A model generated the notes under the pieces. That model was given only the letters and a program-made list of their open reading frames with translations. It was not told the origin of the DNA and ran no database searches. Below, piece after piece: positions 62,370 through 64,000 of a stretch of 64,000 bases of DNA; position 1 is the first letter of the stretch; the number at the start of each line of letters is the position of its first letter. Source of the stretch: Eledone cirrhosa (Eukaryota); NCBI GenBank assembly GCA_964016885.1, contig OZ024742.1, forward strand, positions 82,584,001-82,648,000. Reading direction: 5' to 3'. A program made the translations under genes and the position numbers.

Positions 62370-63569
62370 TTATTTATCGTTTCTAAATTTGTTTAGAAAG
62401 ATTCTTCATCTGAAAACGTGTGTTGAAACCGATATTGTTAGGCTTTGGGAGGGTCATGTTGCCAATAAGAAAGACACGCACCAGTTGCTTTCACTCCAAT
62501 TATTATAAATGAAATTTATAAATTTAAGAATTTATAAATTTCCGGTTGTTTGTTCATATATTGTCAAATTTCTTTCGTCACACATTCTGTGACCTCTTCA
62601 ATGACTGGGGATTATTTTCTTTGTGTTTGTGCCTCTCCTTTGTTCTATCCTACGCCATCTTGTTTTGTGTGTGTTGCGTGCTTAGTTTGCGTATGTGTTA
62701 CATCCGGGTGTCTGTGTATGTTAATATTTGTTTATTTATTTGTTTATTTACATGTTACTGGTTGGTTGTTTGTTCTATGTGTGTGTGTGTTTTCATTCTG
62801 TCCTTAATTGTAAGTCGTGATGTTGCTATTCCATTCATGTTTTCTATTTAATTTTGATTGAGGCAGCTCGTAGTATAGGAAAACGGTTAAATGAACACTG
62901 GCGAAAACTTCAAGATAAAAAAGAATCATGAATACTCAACCAACATGCTAAAATAGAACATAAGGGCAAATTAGAGAACAGAGAAATAAAAATAGAATCT
63001 ACACACAGAAAAGACGCAATGTTTAGACAAATCACAGAGGCAATAAACATAAATGAACTCCAACCAAAATTAAATAGAAAACATGAATGGAATAGCAACA
63101 TCACAACTTACAATTAAGGACAAAATGAAAACAGACACACACATAGAACAAACAACCAACCAGTAATATGTAAATAAACAAATAAATAAACAAATATAAA
63201 CACACACAGACACCCGGATGTAACACATACGTAAACTAAGGACGCAACACACACAAAAACAAGATGGCGTAGGATAGAATAAAGGAGAAGCACAAACACA
63301 AAGAAAAAAATCCCCAGTCACTTAAGAGCTCACATGATGTGTGACAAAAGAACTTTGAGAATATATGAACAGCCGTCCGGTTATGGAACCAACGAACCAA
63401 CCGGAAATTTATAAATTCTTAAATTTATAAATTTAATATATGATAAATTGGAGTGAAAGGAACTGATGCGTGTGTTTCTTATTGGAAACATGACCCTCCC
63501 AAAGCATAACAATATCGGTTTCAACACACGTTTTCAGGTGAAAAATCTTTCTAAGCAAATTCAGAAACG

Positions 63570-63575
<6 letters not shown>
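62355..63575 (+). mobile_element. 5'-truncated PLE with inverted 5' pLTR (62355-62858 inverted relative to ~63055-63575)
   Basis: EAARSIGKRLNEHW..RQITEAINI; same family as 11480-12652; (TA)n on both sides. Confidence 0.8.
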
Positions 63576-63642
<67 letters not shown>

Positions 63643-63647
63643 CATGC

Positions 63648-63712
<65 letters not shown>

Positions 63713-64000
63713 TACATACACACATATATATATATATATATATAAATGGAATAGAATGAAACGAAATTTCATTTCTCACTCTTAGTACAGCAGTTACTTA
63801 AATATAAGTACGTATGTATGTGTACGTACATACGTATATGTATACAGCCGTAAACTAGTAAGTATATATATACATACATGCACACATATATATATATGCA
63901 CGTATCGGTTTACCGAACATTTATTACAAACAAACACCCCTAATTACGCCGTACAGTGTTTAGGCAACCACGTCACCTTTTTGCTCAACACTGACACCGG

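Overview
AT-rich, microsatellite-saturated eukaryotic DNA with no recognisable host gene. The SINE family and the (TA)n/(CA)n density suggest a cephalopod, probably octopod, genome (inference). The window is almost entirely mobile DNA: three Naiad-type Penelope-like elements (PLEs; RT + C-terminal GIY-YIG), further PLE endonuclease/pLTR fragments, a decayed Helitron, a near full-length decayed Tx1/L1-type LINE, an R4/Dong-type LINE, RTE and CRE fragments, and about 11 tRNA-headed SINE copies. The main signal is about 20 type I hammerhead ribozyme (HHR) motifs found by eye. Two non-coding tandem-repeat families (591-bp and 318-bp units) carry one HHR per unit with a compensated U3:A8 core (UUGAUAA instead of CUGAUGA), and a relative of the 318-bp family has C3:G8. 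These look like non-LTR retrozymes or non-autonomous PLE derivatives that could yield self-cleaved or circular RNA monomers. All structures were read by eye and need computational and experimental confirmation.
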